NCBI GenBank assembly: GCA_963765495.1
Contig: CAVXWP010000001.1
Span: forward strand, 288,001-352,000
From: Blastocatellia bacterium
GTDB lineage: Bacteria; Acidobacteriota; Blastocatellia; UBA7656
Length of the DNA: 64,000 nucleotides
Reading direction: 5' to 3'
Position 1 is the stretch's first letter. Every line of letters begins with the position of its first letter. This document shows positions 1 through 9,413 of this stretch, one piece after another. A program made the translations under genes and the position numbers. Below the pieces are notes generated by a model. The model made no database searches. It saw nothing but the letters and a program-made list of their open reading frames with translations, and had not been told where the DNA came from.

Positions 1-53
1 AAAGTTTTTTCGTCTGCAAAAAAGCGGATGGTTTTCGCGTCAGTGTATAGTGA

Positions 54-318
54 GGAGGAGAGAGGCTAAAGACCCCTCCTCCGCTCGGTTGAGTTGATAA
101 TCGGATTCATATAGCGGTGGCGCCCTTCCGCTCAAGCAACAATGCCACCGGAGTTGGCTGGTTCCTTCGTTGCCAGCCTTGAACTCCTGGATGTGGAGAC
201 TATCCCCTCCCCACATCCAGGTTTGAGCCTCAACCCTGCCTAAATCCGGCTTTCGCCTGAGAGCCGGGGGGCTCAATTACAAGGCGCGGGAAACATCCCA
301 TTCCCGCGCCTACTATTC
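54..318. ncRNA. Candidate structured small RNA with six consecutive hairpins
   Basis: Stems seen: 54-60/76-82, 115-121/144-150, 150-161/173-187, 186-196/211-221, 223-229/270-276, 282-292/301-311. TATAGT -10-like box at 46-51. No credible ORF. Family not recognised. Confidence 0.45.
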
Positions 319-537
319 TTTAAACTCAACAACGACAATTTGCAGGCGAGAAATCCAATAGGGCAAACCCGTGCGTATCTTCCAACGACGCAGGCGGAGG
401 ATGAAGCACCGCCCGGCCGGATGGTGGCTTGGAGTTTAGCTCTCGAAGGGGAAGCCGGCATTTGGTCCCGACTACATCAAACCGCCTGCGGAGATCTTCA
501 CCACTTAGCCCAACAATAAATTTAGGAGGAGAAAACC

Positions 538-993
538 TTGAAGACAAAATCTTTGCTTTCCCTGTTTCTCACACTTGGAGTTCTTTTAGGTTCAGCCGGG
601 TTCACCAGAACATCGGCTCAAACAAGCGGCGACACTCTTTACAAGCGATTGGGTGGATACGATGCCCTGGCGGCAGTTACCGATGATTTCATAGGGCGAC
701 TGGCATCAGATAAGCAGCTTGGCCGCTTCTTCGTCGGCCTCAGTGATAATTCGAAAATGCGCGTTCGCCAGCTGGTCGTAGATCAATTGTGCGCCGCCAC
801 GGGTGGGCCGTGCCTTTATCTCGGCCGCGATATGAAGACCGCGCATAAAGGGATGGGAATTACCCAGCTGGATTGGACAATAGCAGTCAAACATCTTGTA
901 GCAACGCTGGATAAATTCAAAGTGCCTACGAAAGAGAAAGATGAGGTGCTTGCAGCCATCTCCAGCATGAAGGGCGATATAGTAGAAAAGTAG
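538..993 (+). CDS. Group 1 truncated hemoglobin with N-terminal signal peptide
   Basis: TLYKRLGG, LCAATGGPCLYLGRDMKTAHKGMGIT (proximal His) typical of trHbN; AGGAGGAG SD before TTG start; hydrophobic N-terminus. Confidence 0.9.
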   Translation: MKTKSLLSLFLTLGVLLGSAGFTRTSAQTSGDTLYKRLGGYDALAAVTDDFIGRLASDKQLGRFFVGLSDNSKMRVRQLVVDQLCAATGGPCLYLGRDMKTAHKGMGITQLDWTIAVKHLVATLDKFKVPTKEKDEVLAAISSMKGDIVEK

Positions 994-1026
994 TAATTCG
1001 CAACCTGATTGCCGACCCTCCTCGGC

Positions 1027-1056
1027 GCGAGAGGGCTTCGCTTTTAGCCCTCTCGC
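1027..1056 (+). terminator. Hairpin, probable terminator after globin
   Basis: GCGAGAGGGCT / AGCCCTCTCGC 11-bp stem about 35 nt after the stop codon; no clear U-tract. Confidence 0.5.
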
Positions 1057-1304
1057 AAATCAGGGCCGACTAGCAGCATATCCTGAAACACAGGTCAGGG
1101 TCCGACACTCCTGCTGCCACTTTGAGCATTTTCAAGCTCCTTGCCTTATACTCCTACACATAAAGCGATTGCAAAATTCTGCAAGGTAATTGCGCCCGGG
1201 CAATCCTTATAATGTAAGACTGCATCAAAGCGCCCAACTCAGGGAAACAGAAATTCGATTGAGGCGTTTGACCCTCTGAGATTCTAAAGCGATGGAGGTA
1301 GTTT

Positions 1305-2258
1305 ATGCGATTGGGATTTGTGCTTATAGCGATAATATCACTGGTCTGGCTCTCCGGCTGTAGCGGCGAAGGGGGGATGGACCAACGAGAAGCAATGCCG
1401 TCTTCGAGCGGGCCTGCCGCGCAGCCACAAGCTGCCCCCGATGTTGAACAGGCAAAAAAAGCAAGCGTAGAGACGCGGAAGTCGGCCTTTGACGGCAGTA
1501 GTGATGTGAACATGAACCAGCCGGTCGTTGAAATGACCAGCCGCAAGATAATTCGTAACGACGAATTGAGTGTCGAAACCGATACTCCCGCCGACGTGCA
1601 GCGAAAGATCACGGCGATAGCCGAATCGCACGGCGGTTTTGTGGTCACATCTGAGTACAAACAACAGGACAACAGAAATCTGAGCCGGACCGGCGAAACC
1701 GTGACGATCGTCGCTCGCGTCCCATCGCTACAGTTTGAGTCTGCAATTGAGCAGATACGCGCAACAGGCAGCCGCGTCTTACAGGAGAAGGTCACAGGCC
1801 AGGATGTGACCGAAGAGTACATCGACCTTGAAGCCCGCATCAGCACCAAGAAGGCGCTTGAAGCGCAGTTTCTGGAGATCATGAAACAGGCCCGAAAGGT
1901 TTCCGAGGCGCTTGAAGTGCAGAGCCAGATAGCCGATGTGCGGACCGAAATTGAGAGACTCGAGGGCCGCAAACGCTTTCTTGAGAATCAATCCGCGCTA
2001 TCAACGATCACCGTCACCCTGACGACGCCCGCGCCTACGGTCACCGCCACAACCTCAGGCTTTGGCGACGATGTGAAAAAGGCTTTCGGAGACGGGGTTG
2101 ATTTTGCGGCGGCGCTCATTCTCGGATTGATTCGCCTGATAATCGTGTTGATACCGCTTGCGGTCTTTGTCTTCCTTCCCCTGGCCCTGCTGATTCGTGT
2201 GGCCGTCAGACGCTTTCGCGTCACGCGCAAACAGGAGCCGGTTACGGACATTCGATAG
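1305..2258 (+). CDS. DUF4349-family lipoprotein with C-terminal TM helices
   Basis: Lipobox LSGC; RKIIR..., [15 protein letters not shown] and coiled coil typical of DUF4349; GGAGG SD. Confidence 0.85.
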   Translation: MRLGFVLIAIISLVWLSGCSGEGGMDQREAMPSSSGPAAQPQAAPDVEQAKKASVETRKSAFDGSSDVNMNQPVVEMTSRKIIRNDELSVETDTPADVQRKITAIAESHGGFVVTSEYKQQDNRNLSRTGETVTIVARVPSLQFESAIEQIRATGSRVLQEKVTGQDVTEEYIDLEARISTKKALEAQFLEIMKQARKVSEALEVQSQIADVRTEIERLEGRKRFLENQSALSTITVTLTTPAPTVTATTSGFGDDVKKAFGDGVDFAAALILGLIRLIIVLIPLAVFVFLPLALLIRVAVRRFRVTRKQEPVTDIR

Positions 2259-3159
2259 ACAAGGCCGATTCAATCTGACAGTTTGAATCGGCCCGGTCCA
2301 GAAGCAGGGGAAAGAACCGGCCCTCGATTTTTCCCCCTTGAGCGATCACCGGAACGCCCTCAAGCAGCGGCTCATTTGAAGCCGATACTACGCCGTCGCG
2401 AAAGACGTTTATTACTGCCCCCCTTCGCGGTCGGTCGGTATCGTTTTCGTAAGAGCCGTGAACCGTCAGAGGATGATGAAACGAAGCCTCGCCCTTTCGT
2501 AATTCGATGGCTATGGGCTGGAACTTGCTCTTTTGCTCTTTGGAAAGAACATCTTCGATAGCCTTCATATCACCCGCGAGTCCCGTAACCGGCAAAAGAT
2601 TCCAGAGGTGGCTCCCCGGTACGTAATGCACGCATCCGTTATCGCGAGTCGAATCGTCGAGCGCTATCCAGCACGACAGATGCGCCATCGGCTGAGTCCT
2701 TGTCCAGTAGGAATAGTCCTGATGCCACGCCACCACGCCTCCATGTCTCGGGGGCTTGCAAAACAACTGGTCGTGCCAGAAACGCACAGGGCCTTCGAGT
2801 AACTGAAAGGCCGGAACCGTGAAGGCCGGATTCCAGAGCAGGTCGTGAAAGCCGGTTGCAATTCGCCACGCCCCGAGAGCATGAAACAGGACTCTTGCGG
2901 GGTCTTTCGATTCGTTGCTGTTGTACTCGTAAAAAAGCTCTCTAAGGGGGTGCGCCGGGTCCATCAATTCATCCAGTTGCTCGCAGAGCAAGTCTACCTG
3001 CTCGGGGGTGAGCATTCTGATTCCGGCCAGATAACCATACTGCCGATAATGCTCGACCTGCTCGCGAGCGAGGCGGAAGCGTGCCCGCTCCTGCCCGGAT
3101 GAAGGCATAACAAACAGATCGCTTACGGGTTTATGATAAGCAGATAAATCTTCTGCCAT
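2242..3159 (-). CDS. Phytanoyl-CoA dioxygenase (PhyH) family Fe(II)/2OG oxygenase
   Basis: WHQD (HxD), WIALDD...NGC...PGSH, distal HGS...R; start set at MAEDL after GAGG. Confidence 0.9.
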   Translation of the reverse strand: MAEDLSAYHKPVSDLFVMPSSGQERARFRLAREQVEHYRQYGYLAGIRMLTPEQVDLLCEQLDELMDPAHPLRELFYEYNSNESKDPARVLFHALGAWRIATGFHDLLWNPAFTVPAFQLLEGPVRFWHDQLFCKPPRHGGVVAWHQDYSYWTRTQPMAHLSCWIALDDSTRDNGCVHYVPGSHLWNLLPVTGLAGDMKAIEDVLSKEQKSKFQPIAIELRKGEASFHHPLTVHGSYENDTDRPRRGAVINVFRDGVVSASNEPLLEGVPVIAQGGKIEGRFFPLLLDRADSNCQIESALSIECP

Positions 3160-3194
3160 CCGAATGCCCTCCTCTGAAACCGGATGCCGAGAGA

Positions 3195-4934
3195 TCAGTT
3201 GTGATATTTGTTGGTAATAGGCATGCGGCGGTCGCGGCCAAAGGCGCGCGGAGTTATCTTTATTCCGGGCGGTGACTGGCGGCGCTTGTATTCGGCTGCG
3301 TCGGCCCTGTTTATTACCCATTGAACAGTCCCGATGTCAAAGCCCTGGCTCGCTATCGCATCGGCGCTCATATCCCTTTCGATGTAGGCTTCAAGTATCT
3401 GATCGAGCACATCATAAGGCGGCAGCGTGTCCTGGTCCTTCTGATCGGGCCGAAGTTCAGCCGACGGCGCTCGCGTGATTATGTATTCAGGGATCACGGG
3501 GCGCGGTCCGCGCCGGTTGATGTAGTCGCTCAACTCATAAACAAGCGTCTTGGGAACATCCTTTAACACCGCAAATCCGCCTACCATATCGCCGTACAGC
3601 GTAGAGTATCCCACGCTCATCTCGCTCTTGTTTCCCGTCGAAAGCACGAGACCGTGAAACTTGTTCGACAGTGCCATCAGGATGTTTCCGCGAATGCGCG
3701 CCTGTAGGTTCTCTTCGGTCACATCCGGGGGCAGCCCGTCAAAGGCCGTTTCAAGCATTTTCAAGTACCCGCCAAACGTATCCTGAATGGCGATTACCTG
3801 ATAATGTATCCCGAGATTTTCCGCAAGCAGCCGAGCATCGCGCCCGCTTTCGGATGATGAATAATCCGTAGGCATAAAGACCGCGTTTACGTTTTCAGAC
3901 CCAAGCGCATCGGCGGCTATGACGGCCGTAAGCGCCGAATCAATTCCGCCCGAAAGACCTAGAAAGATTTTATCGAAACCGTTCTTTTCGACGTAATCCC
4001 GCGTGCCGATCACAAGCGCCTTATAAATCTCTTCGGCATCGTCGGGCGCTTCGTGCAGATGAGCCTCGGCAGGCGCTCGCTCGCTCGTCTGCTCGAAGTT
4101 GCTTTCGATCTCGATAACATAGAGCGACTCATCCGGGACTATGCGAATCTTTTCGCGGCGGCGGCGAGGGTCGTGCAACCGCTCGGAAAATACGCGCTCG
4201 ATGTTGATGTCGGCGATAATCAGGTCTTCTTCAAAGGCCAGCCCGCGCGCCACCACGTGTCCCGCTTCGTTGATGATCAGGCTGTTGCCGTCAAAGACAA
4301 GCTCATCCTGTCCCCCGACCAGATTGCAGTAAGCCAGCGCAACGGCATTGTCTTCGGCTCGCGTGCAGAGCATGCGCTCGCGATCAACTCGCTTTCCCGC
4401 GTTGTAAGGCGAGGCCGATATGTTGACGATCAGGTGCGCGTCGCCTAAAAGCGATTGCATCTTCGTAGGCCCGCCCGGATACCATATATCTTCACAGATA
4501 TTGATGCCGACTCGCGCACCTTCAAGCGAAAAGACGGGGCAGCGCCTGCCCGATTGAAAGTACCGCTCTTCATCGAACACGCCATAGTTAGGCAGAAATG
4601 TCTTATGATAAACGTCGACGAGTTTACCGCCTGCTATGACGGCGATGGCGTTGTAGATGTCTGACCCATCCGTATCAACGAAACCGACCAGGATTAACTG
4701 ATCCCCGGCCGCCTCTATCACGCTTTCGAGCGTGCGACGGTTCTCGCGCACGAAGTGGGGTTTTAGCAGCAGGTCTTCCGGCGGATAGCCTGTCAGCGCA
4801 AGCTCGGGAAAAGCGATAATATCGGGCGAAGCCGACTTTGCCCTGTGGATGTAATCAATCACAAGCTCGGCATTGCCCTTGAGGTTTCCAACCGTAGGAT
4901 TGATTTGCGCGAGTGCTACTCTGATAGTATTCAT
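3195..4934 (-). CDS. nadE: Glutamine-dependent NAD+ synthetase
   Basis: Nitrilase domain ([20 protein letters not shown]) plus synthetase domain ([28 protein letters not shown]). Confidence 0.97.
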   Translation of the reverse strand: MNTIRVALAQINPTVGNLKGNAELVIDYIHRAKSASPDIIAFPELALTGYPPEDLLLKPHFVRENRRTLESVIEAAGDQLILVGFVDTDGSDIYNAIAVIAGGKLVDVYHKTFLPNYGVFDEERYFQSGRRCPVFSLEGARVGINICEDIWYPGGPTKMQSLLGDAHLIVNISASPYNAGKRVDRERMLCTRAEDNAVALAYCNLVGGQDELVFDGNSLIINEAGHVVARGLAFEEDLIIADINIERVFSERLHDPRRRREKIRIVPDESLYVIEIESNFEQTSERAPAEAHLHEAPDDAEEIYKALVIGTRDYVEKNGFDKIFLGLSGGIDSALTAVIAADALGSENVNAVFMPTDYSSSESGRDARLLAENLGIHYQVIAIQDTFGGYLKMLETAFDGLPPDVTEENLQARIRGNILMALSNKFHGLVLSTGNKSEMSVGYSTLYGDMVGGFAVLKDVPKTLVYELSDYINRRGPRPVIPEYIITRAPSAELRPDQKDQDTLPPYDVLDQILEAYIERDMSADAIASQGFDIGTVQWVINRADAAEYKRRQSPPGIKITPRAFGRDRRMPITNKYHN

Positions 4935-4937
4935 TGG

Positions 4938-5052
4938 CAGTGATCGGTGATCGGTGATCGGTGGTCCGTAGTCAGTGATCGGTTCGTTGTAACCTTATCT
5001 TCGATTTGAAAATAGCGGCAATAGCCGGAAAAAATACTGACCACTGACCACT
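4938..5052. repeat. 7-mer-periodic inverted repeat (GTGATCG / ACTGACC arms)
   Basis: Tandem GTGATCG-like units 4938-4983 and complementary ACTGACC units 5036-5052; fills the BMC-P to nadE gap. Confidence 0.75.
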
Positions 5053-5320
5053 ATTTTTCAACTTCTACGGTGTCAACGATGCCGACAACGGCCGCGTCAA
5101 TCGGGCATTCCTTGCACTCGAAAGCCATGCGCGCCGAGCTTCCCTGCACGATCAGCACCGTTTCCTGATAGCCCGCGCCCACGGTATCAACCGCGACTAT
5201 ATGGCCCTTCTCGTCCTGACCGTCAACCCCGATCATGCGCGCAATGAGCAATTTACGCCCGTGAAGACGGTCGTCCTTTCGCGTAGCCACTACGGTTCCA
5301 ACTATTCGGGCTAATATCAT
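5051..5320 (-). CDS. Microcompartment vertex protein (BMC-P, EutN/CcmL family)
   Basis: MILARIVGTVVATRK, VAVDTVGAG, GSSAR, PIDAAVVGIVD. The ORF-track extension to 5386 is translated repeat. Confidence 0.95.
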   Translation of the reverse strand: MILARIVGTVVATRKDDRLHGRKLLIARMIGVDGQDEKGHIVAVDTVGAGYQETVLIVQGSSARMAFECKECPIDAAVVGIVDTVEVEK

Positions 5321-5324
5321 AATC

Positions 5325-5426
5325 GTCAGGGGCCAGGGGTCGGGGGTCGGGGGCCGGGGTTTACGGAAGAACGGCGCGCATTGCAACCGATTTACCGACC
5401 CCCGGCCCCTGACCCCCGAATCCCGG
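5325..5426. repeat. 7-mer-periodic inverted repeat (GGGGCCA/GGGGTCG arms)
   Basis: G-rich heptamers 5325-5360 and complementary C-rich heptamers 5393-5426; fills the BMC-H to BMC-P gap. Confidence 0.85.
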
Positions 5427-5428
5427 CG

Positions 5429-5716
5429 CTATTTCCCGCGTGATTCGTAGGTGACGGGCAGATTTTCATCCACGGAAGAGTGCGGACGCGGGATGACGTG
5501 GACACTCACAAGCTCGCCCACTCGCCGGGCCGCCGCCGCCCCTGCATCCGTAGCCGCCTTTACGGCCGCCACATCTCCGCGCACGATGGCCGTGACAAGG
5601 CCCGCTCCGATCTTCTCGTAGCCGATCAGGGTGACGTTGGCGGCCTTGACCATCGCATCGCTTGCTTCGATCATCGCAACCAGCCCTTTGGTCTCGATCA
5701 TTCCAAGTGCTTCCAT
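5429..5716 (-). CDS. Microcompartment hexameric shell protein (BMC-H, EutM/PduA type)
   Basis: [39 protein letters not shown]. Confidence 0.97.
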   Translation of the reverse strand: MEALGMIETKGLVAMIEASDAMVKAANVTLIGYEKIGAGLVTAIVRGDVAAVKAATDAGAAAARRVGELVSVHVIPRPHSSVDENLPVTYESRGK

Positions 5717-5729
5717 ATATTCTCCATTC

Positions 5730-6563
5730 TCATTGATTCATTTTGCTTGCGACCATGCGCGCAGCTTCCGTTATGAGCGCGGTCAATTCTCTTCGAGTGA
5801 GCGTTACGGTCTCGTCGCCGTTGCCTGCGGAGTGAGAATGAGTGGCGCTGCCTACGGCGCAATTCGACGCGTGCCCCTGAAGGTATCCGCACGCCTGACA
5901 GTTGCGAGCCTCAGCCCCCATGTACCCGGCTCGCTCTCTCACATCCAGCAGTTTGTCGATGGCGTCGGCAGGCAATTCATTTGGTCGCCCGACGATTCTG
6001 GCAATCAGGGTTATCTTGGCGAAATGTTCGAGGGTCTCCATCCGCGCGTGCGCCATATCGAGATCGGGTCCGTAGGCCACCGCTCCGTGATTGGCCAGCA
6101 ACAGCGCATCGTGATGCGGTATGTAAGGCGAGATCGAATCGGTTATCTCGTTTGTCGAAGGGGTGCCGTAAGCCGTGAGCGGTATGCAGCCAAGCGTGAG
6201 AATCACTTCCGAAAGCAATGGCTTGTCGAGCGCGACATTGGCAACGGCGAACCCGGTCCCGAAAGGCGGATGAGCGTGGACTACCGCGTGAACATCGGGC
6301 CGCAACCGGTATATGCTCTGATGCATCGCGAATTCCGAAGAAGGGTTTCTTTCCTGGTTCCGCAGTTTGCGACCCTCGATATCGACAAGCACAAGCATCT
6401 CTTCGGTCATCCGCCCTTTGCACACCATCGTCGGCGTAGTGACTATATTGCCGTCGCCGAGTCTTGCGCTGATATTGCCGTCGGAAGCGGCGACAAAACC
6501 GCTCTCATAAATGCGGCGGCCTATCTCGACTATATGCTCTCTTATTTCGCGCTCGGTCTGCAT
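5730..6563 (-). CDS. Class II aldolase/adducin family protein with C-terminal extension
   Basis: [28 protein letters not shown] Zn-binding motifs; start set at MQTERE. Confidence 0.92.
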   Translation of the reverse strand: MQTEREIREHIVEIGRRIYESGFVAASDGNISARLGDGNIVTTPTMVCKGRMTEEMLVLVDIEGRKLRNQERNPSSEFAMHQSIYRLRPDVHAVVHAHPPFGTGFAVANVALDKPLLSEVILTLGCIPLTAYGTPSTNEITDSISPYIPHHDALLLANHGAVAYGPDLDMAHARMETLEHFAKITLIARIVGRPNELPADAIDKLLDVRERAGYMGAEARNCQACGYLQGHASNCAVGSATHSHSAGNGDETVTLTRRELTALITEAARMVASKMNQ

Positions 6564-6678
6564 TGGAACCACTTTCGCTCGCTTCGAACTTCCGCAATTG
6601 GCAAGTGTCACGTGCAATGCGCCCGGCTGTCAAGCGACAGATAGCTGGGATGAACCTTTTGTGATCGCGTGGTGCGCG

Positions 6679-6708
6679 TTGACTCCGCCGCGCCCGGCTA
6701 CATATAGT
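6679..6708 (+). promoter_or_regulatory. Sigma70-type promoter, probably near-leaderless
   Basis: TTGACT-18 nt-TATAGT, ATG 9 nt downstream, no SD. Confidence 0.55.
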
Positions 6709-6717
6709 CAACTTGTT

Positions 6718-7500
6718 ATGCAAAAACCGCCGGAATCGCGCCGCCCTCAAATTTTGCTCACCCGCCCGACCTATGAGTGGATCACTCGCGTAAGCCGGAA
6801 ACACGAACAACTCAAGAACCTTCGACTCTCCTCCGAGCAGAAAGCGAAGCTTGACAGGTGGGTTGAAATCGAGTTCGCTCGCTCGACTCTTTCCCTCTAC
6901 GGCCTCAACGTATCACACGAGCAGGTCTCGTTGATTGCCTCTCAGCCGTCGCAGGATTTGAGCCGGGCAAGCGATCAAGAGCGATCTATAGCCGAAACGA
7001 TAGGGGCGTTCCGCATCATAGCGGGGCTCGCGCAAAGCGAAGGGCGAGGGGCGGCGCTTACACCCGAATTTCTCTTGAAACTCGGCGACCCTTACGGTCA
7101 CGGAGGCCGATTTCGCAACTCATCAGGCGGTGCTGCGGGCAATTTGAAGCCTGTCTCGGCTCAATACCTGCCGGCTGCCATCGAGACCGCCTGCCTGTGG
7201 TTTTCCGCCGAATCGTTTGCCGAGCTAAATCCCGTTGAGCAGGCCGCGATAGTCCATTTGCGTCTTGTCGGAATTCAGCCTTTCGAGCAGGAGAATGAAA
7301 GAGTGGCGCTTGCCGCCGCAAGCCTCTTTACGCTTCGAAGCGATTTGCCGCCCGTGACAGTTACGCCGGAACGCGCTCCCCGTTATCGTGCGGCGCGCGA
7401 CGAAGGCTTGCGGATGAATACGACCCCGATGGTAGAGCTAATGGCTGAACTCATCGAGGCGACTCTCGATGAGATGATAGGCTTGATCCGAGGAAAGTGA
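6718..7500 (+). CDS. Fic/DOC-fold protein with non-canonical motif
   Basis: PVEQAAIVHLRLVGIQPFEQENERVA aligns to the Fic motif HPFxDGNGR; GRFRN flap. Confidence 0.75.
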   Translation: MQKPPESRRPQILLTRPTYEWITRVSRKHEQLKNLRLSSEQKAKLDRWVEIEFARSTLSLYGLNVSHEQVSLIASQPSQDLSRASDQERSIAETIGAFRIIAGLAQSEGRGAALTPEFLLKLGDPYGHGGRFRNSSGGAAGNLKPVSAQYLPAAIETACLWFSAESFAELNPVEQAAIVHLRLVGIQPFEQENERVALAAASLFTLRSDLPPVTVTPERAPRYRAARDEGLRMNTTPMVELMAELIEATLDEMIGLIRGK

Positions 7501-7564
7501 TTCGCGCCGGACAATAGTAACCAACTTCAGAAGAAATCAACTTCAGAAACCACCCGCTCAAATG

Positions 7565-8611
7565 CTATTTGGATTTTCTGGGCGGCTTTTTCACCTGAAA
7601 CTTTGGCGAAAGACGCTTGACACGCAGATGATCCGGGTCCGTTCGTATAGCCTCATACTTTACGGCCACGGGCTTGCCGTTTTCGTCCATTTCGTGAATT
7701 GTGAAGCCTCTTTCGCCCGGTATGACCGGCAACAATCCCCGCAACCCGTCTTCGATGTAGGAGCCCGTATAACGGCCCTGACTCGGAGAATAATTCAGCA
7801 CCCATAGCCTCGTGAAATCGACGGGTGCGTCGGTGTCGAGGCTCTTCATCAAACCGATGTAGTTGTTCTTCGTCTCACCCTTTTTGCTCTTGTTGTGATC
7901 AAAGACAACCCAGCCGGTAAATATTCGACCTTCGCCTTCCAGATGCAGTATCTCGTCCGGCACATCGAGTTCGACCTGTCGCGCCCCCACCCAGCCCGCG
8001 CGCAATACTTCGGATTCGGGCAATCGAATCTTGTACCACAACACGGTTCGCGTCTCCGGTTCATCCGCCGTTTCATCGCTGTCTTCCGCGTCGGATTGTC
8101 GCGATTCGGGTTTAACTTTTGTGCGTGCCTTATCGACTATATCGACCTCGGTTCCCCGATTGAGATAAGTTACAAGCTCGCCTCCCGGCTCGATCCTCAG
8201 TCGGGTTGAGACCTTCAATCTTCCCTGAGCCTGCGAGGGTGTGTCTCTTGATTTCTCGAATAGATCGTTGATTCTATCCACGATAGATTTGTTTATGACG
8301 TAGCGCGCCTCGACCCAGCCAACGACCTCGTCCTTGTTTGTGGTCCTGACCTTGTACCATTCTTCGGTTCGCGTGGGGGTCTTGACTTCGGATTGGTCGA
8401 GAATGTCGAGCCGGTCGCCGCGCTTGAGTTCCACAAGGTCGAGCGCGACCATCGCGGTTGAAGAACGGACCTTCAATGTCGGAGCGATGACTACGCCTTC
8501 ATCTATCTTTGCATCCCCGGAAATCATGCTGCACGCGATCTGGGAAAGGCCCACAAACGCGATTGCCAGGGCAATAAATAATTGCTTCTTTATCTGCATT
8601 ATTCTCAGCAT
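7565..8611 (-). CDS. SH3-domain lipoprotein
   Basis: Lipobox-like QIAC; two SH3b-like repeats (WYKVRT...GWV, WYKIRL...GWV). Confidence 0.75.
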   Translation of the reverse strand: MLRIMQIKKQLFIALAIAFVGLSQIACSMISGDAKIDEGVVIAPTLKVRSSTAMVALDLVELKRGDRLDILDQSEVKTPTRTEEWYKVRTTNKDEVVGWVEARYVINKSIVDRINDLFEKSRDTPSQAQGRLKVSTRLRIEPGGELVTYLNRGTEVDIVDKARTKVKPESRQSDAEDSDETADEPETRTVLWYKIRLPESEVLRAGWVGARQVELDVPDEILHLEGEGRIFTGWVVFDHNKSKKGETKNNYIGLMKSLDTDAPVDFTRLWVLNYSPSQGRYTGSYIEDGLRGLLPVIPGERGFTIHEMDENGKPVAVKYEAIRTDPDHLRVKRLSPKFQVKKPPRKSK

Positions 8612-8681
8612 TCTATCAATTGGATTAATTAAGAGCGTAACGGAGTGCGCAATCGAATGTCAACGAGCCAAGAGATGGGAA

Positions 8682-8768
8682 TGATGCGTGATGCGTGATG
8701 CGTAAGATAGGTATTTACCCTGTGACAAAAAGATGGCTCCTACCTCACGCATCACGCATCACTCTTCA
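8682..8768. repeat. 7-mer-periodic inverted repeat (TGATGCG / CGCATCA)
   Basis: TGATGCG x3 and TCACGCA x2+. Confidence 0.8.
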
Positions 8769-8777
8769 CCTGTTCTG

Positions 8778-9242
8778 CTATTGGCCGGGGGCGGCGCTTT
8801 TAATTTCTTCCAGCAGCGACTGAACCTTTGCAGAGTCATTCATTCGCCAGGCCGTGGCCATATCGAATACCTTTCTTCTGAGGTCGGCATCGCTCCCAAT
8901 CGAGCATTTGGATTTCGGATCGTCCCACAGCAACCCATTATTGACAATCTCTTCCGGGTGTCCCTCGTAAGGAGTCATTGGGTCTTTCGCGGCCATCTCA
9001 GACAGATGCGCAAGGCATTTATCCATCCCTTTAGGCACGCCCTTCATCATCTGGCTGCCACGGCGAGGGGACCTTCGGCGGCGGGCCTTTTGAGGTGCGG
9101 GCGTGGTTTCTTGTTGAGAGGCGGCAGCCTGCCCCTGCGCGGCGGGAACGGACGCAACAGCAGTGATTGCCGTATATTCAAGTCCTGTGGCGGTAACGGC
9201 TACTATGGTCAATACGATTTTTAAGAGATTAGCTCTCATCAA
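8778..9242 (-). CDS. Hypothetical exported protein
   Basis: Signal-peptide-like N-terminus, GGAGG SD, two Cys; no family recognised. Confidence 0.65.
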   Translation of the reverse strand: MMRANLLKIVLTIVAVTATGLEYTAITAVASVPAAQGQAAASQQETTPAPQKARRRRSPRRGSQMMKGVPKGMDKCLAHLSEMAAKDPMTPYEGHPEEIVNNGLLWDDPKSKCSIGSDADLRRKVFDMATAWRMNDSAKVQSLLEEIKSAAPGQ

Positions 9243-9413
9243 AGGAACCTCCGTTGCTATAGTGTGGTCGCGCGAGTATGGCGACCCGTTTTGCGAGCAG
9301 GATAAATCTCAGGAAGAAATAACTGCTTTCTCCCTCTCAGCGTTCCGCGTAGTGAAAACCAACTACCTGTTTGAAGTTTACTTTCGGCTTCCGCAAAGAA
9401 AAAACGGCGCGGC

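Noticed and set aside
358-400. c-di-GMP-I riboswitch (GGGCAAACC...GACGCA)
   Set aside because: No GNRA-capped P2 or GCAAAGC/CTAA elements; resemblance only partial.
5631-6644. Long antisense ORFs (also 1154-1972, 16910-17997, 60525-61541)
   Set aside because: They overlap well-supported genes on the other strand and have no motifs; expected in GC-rich DNA.
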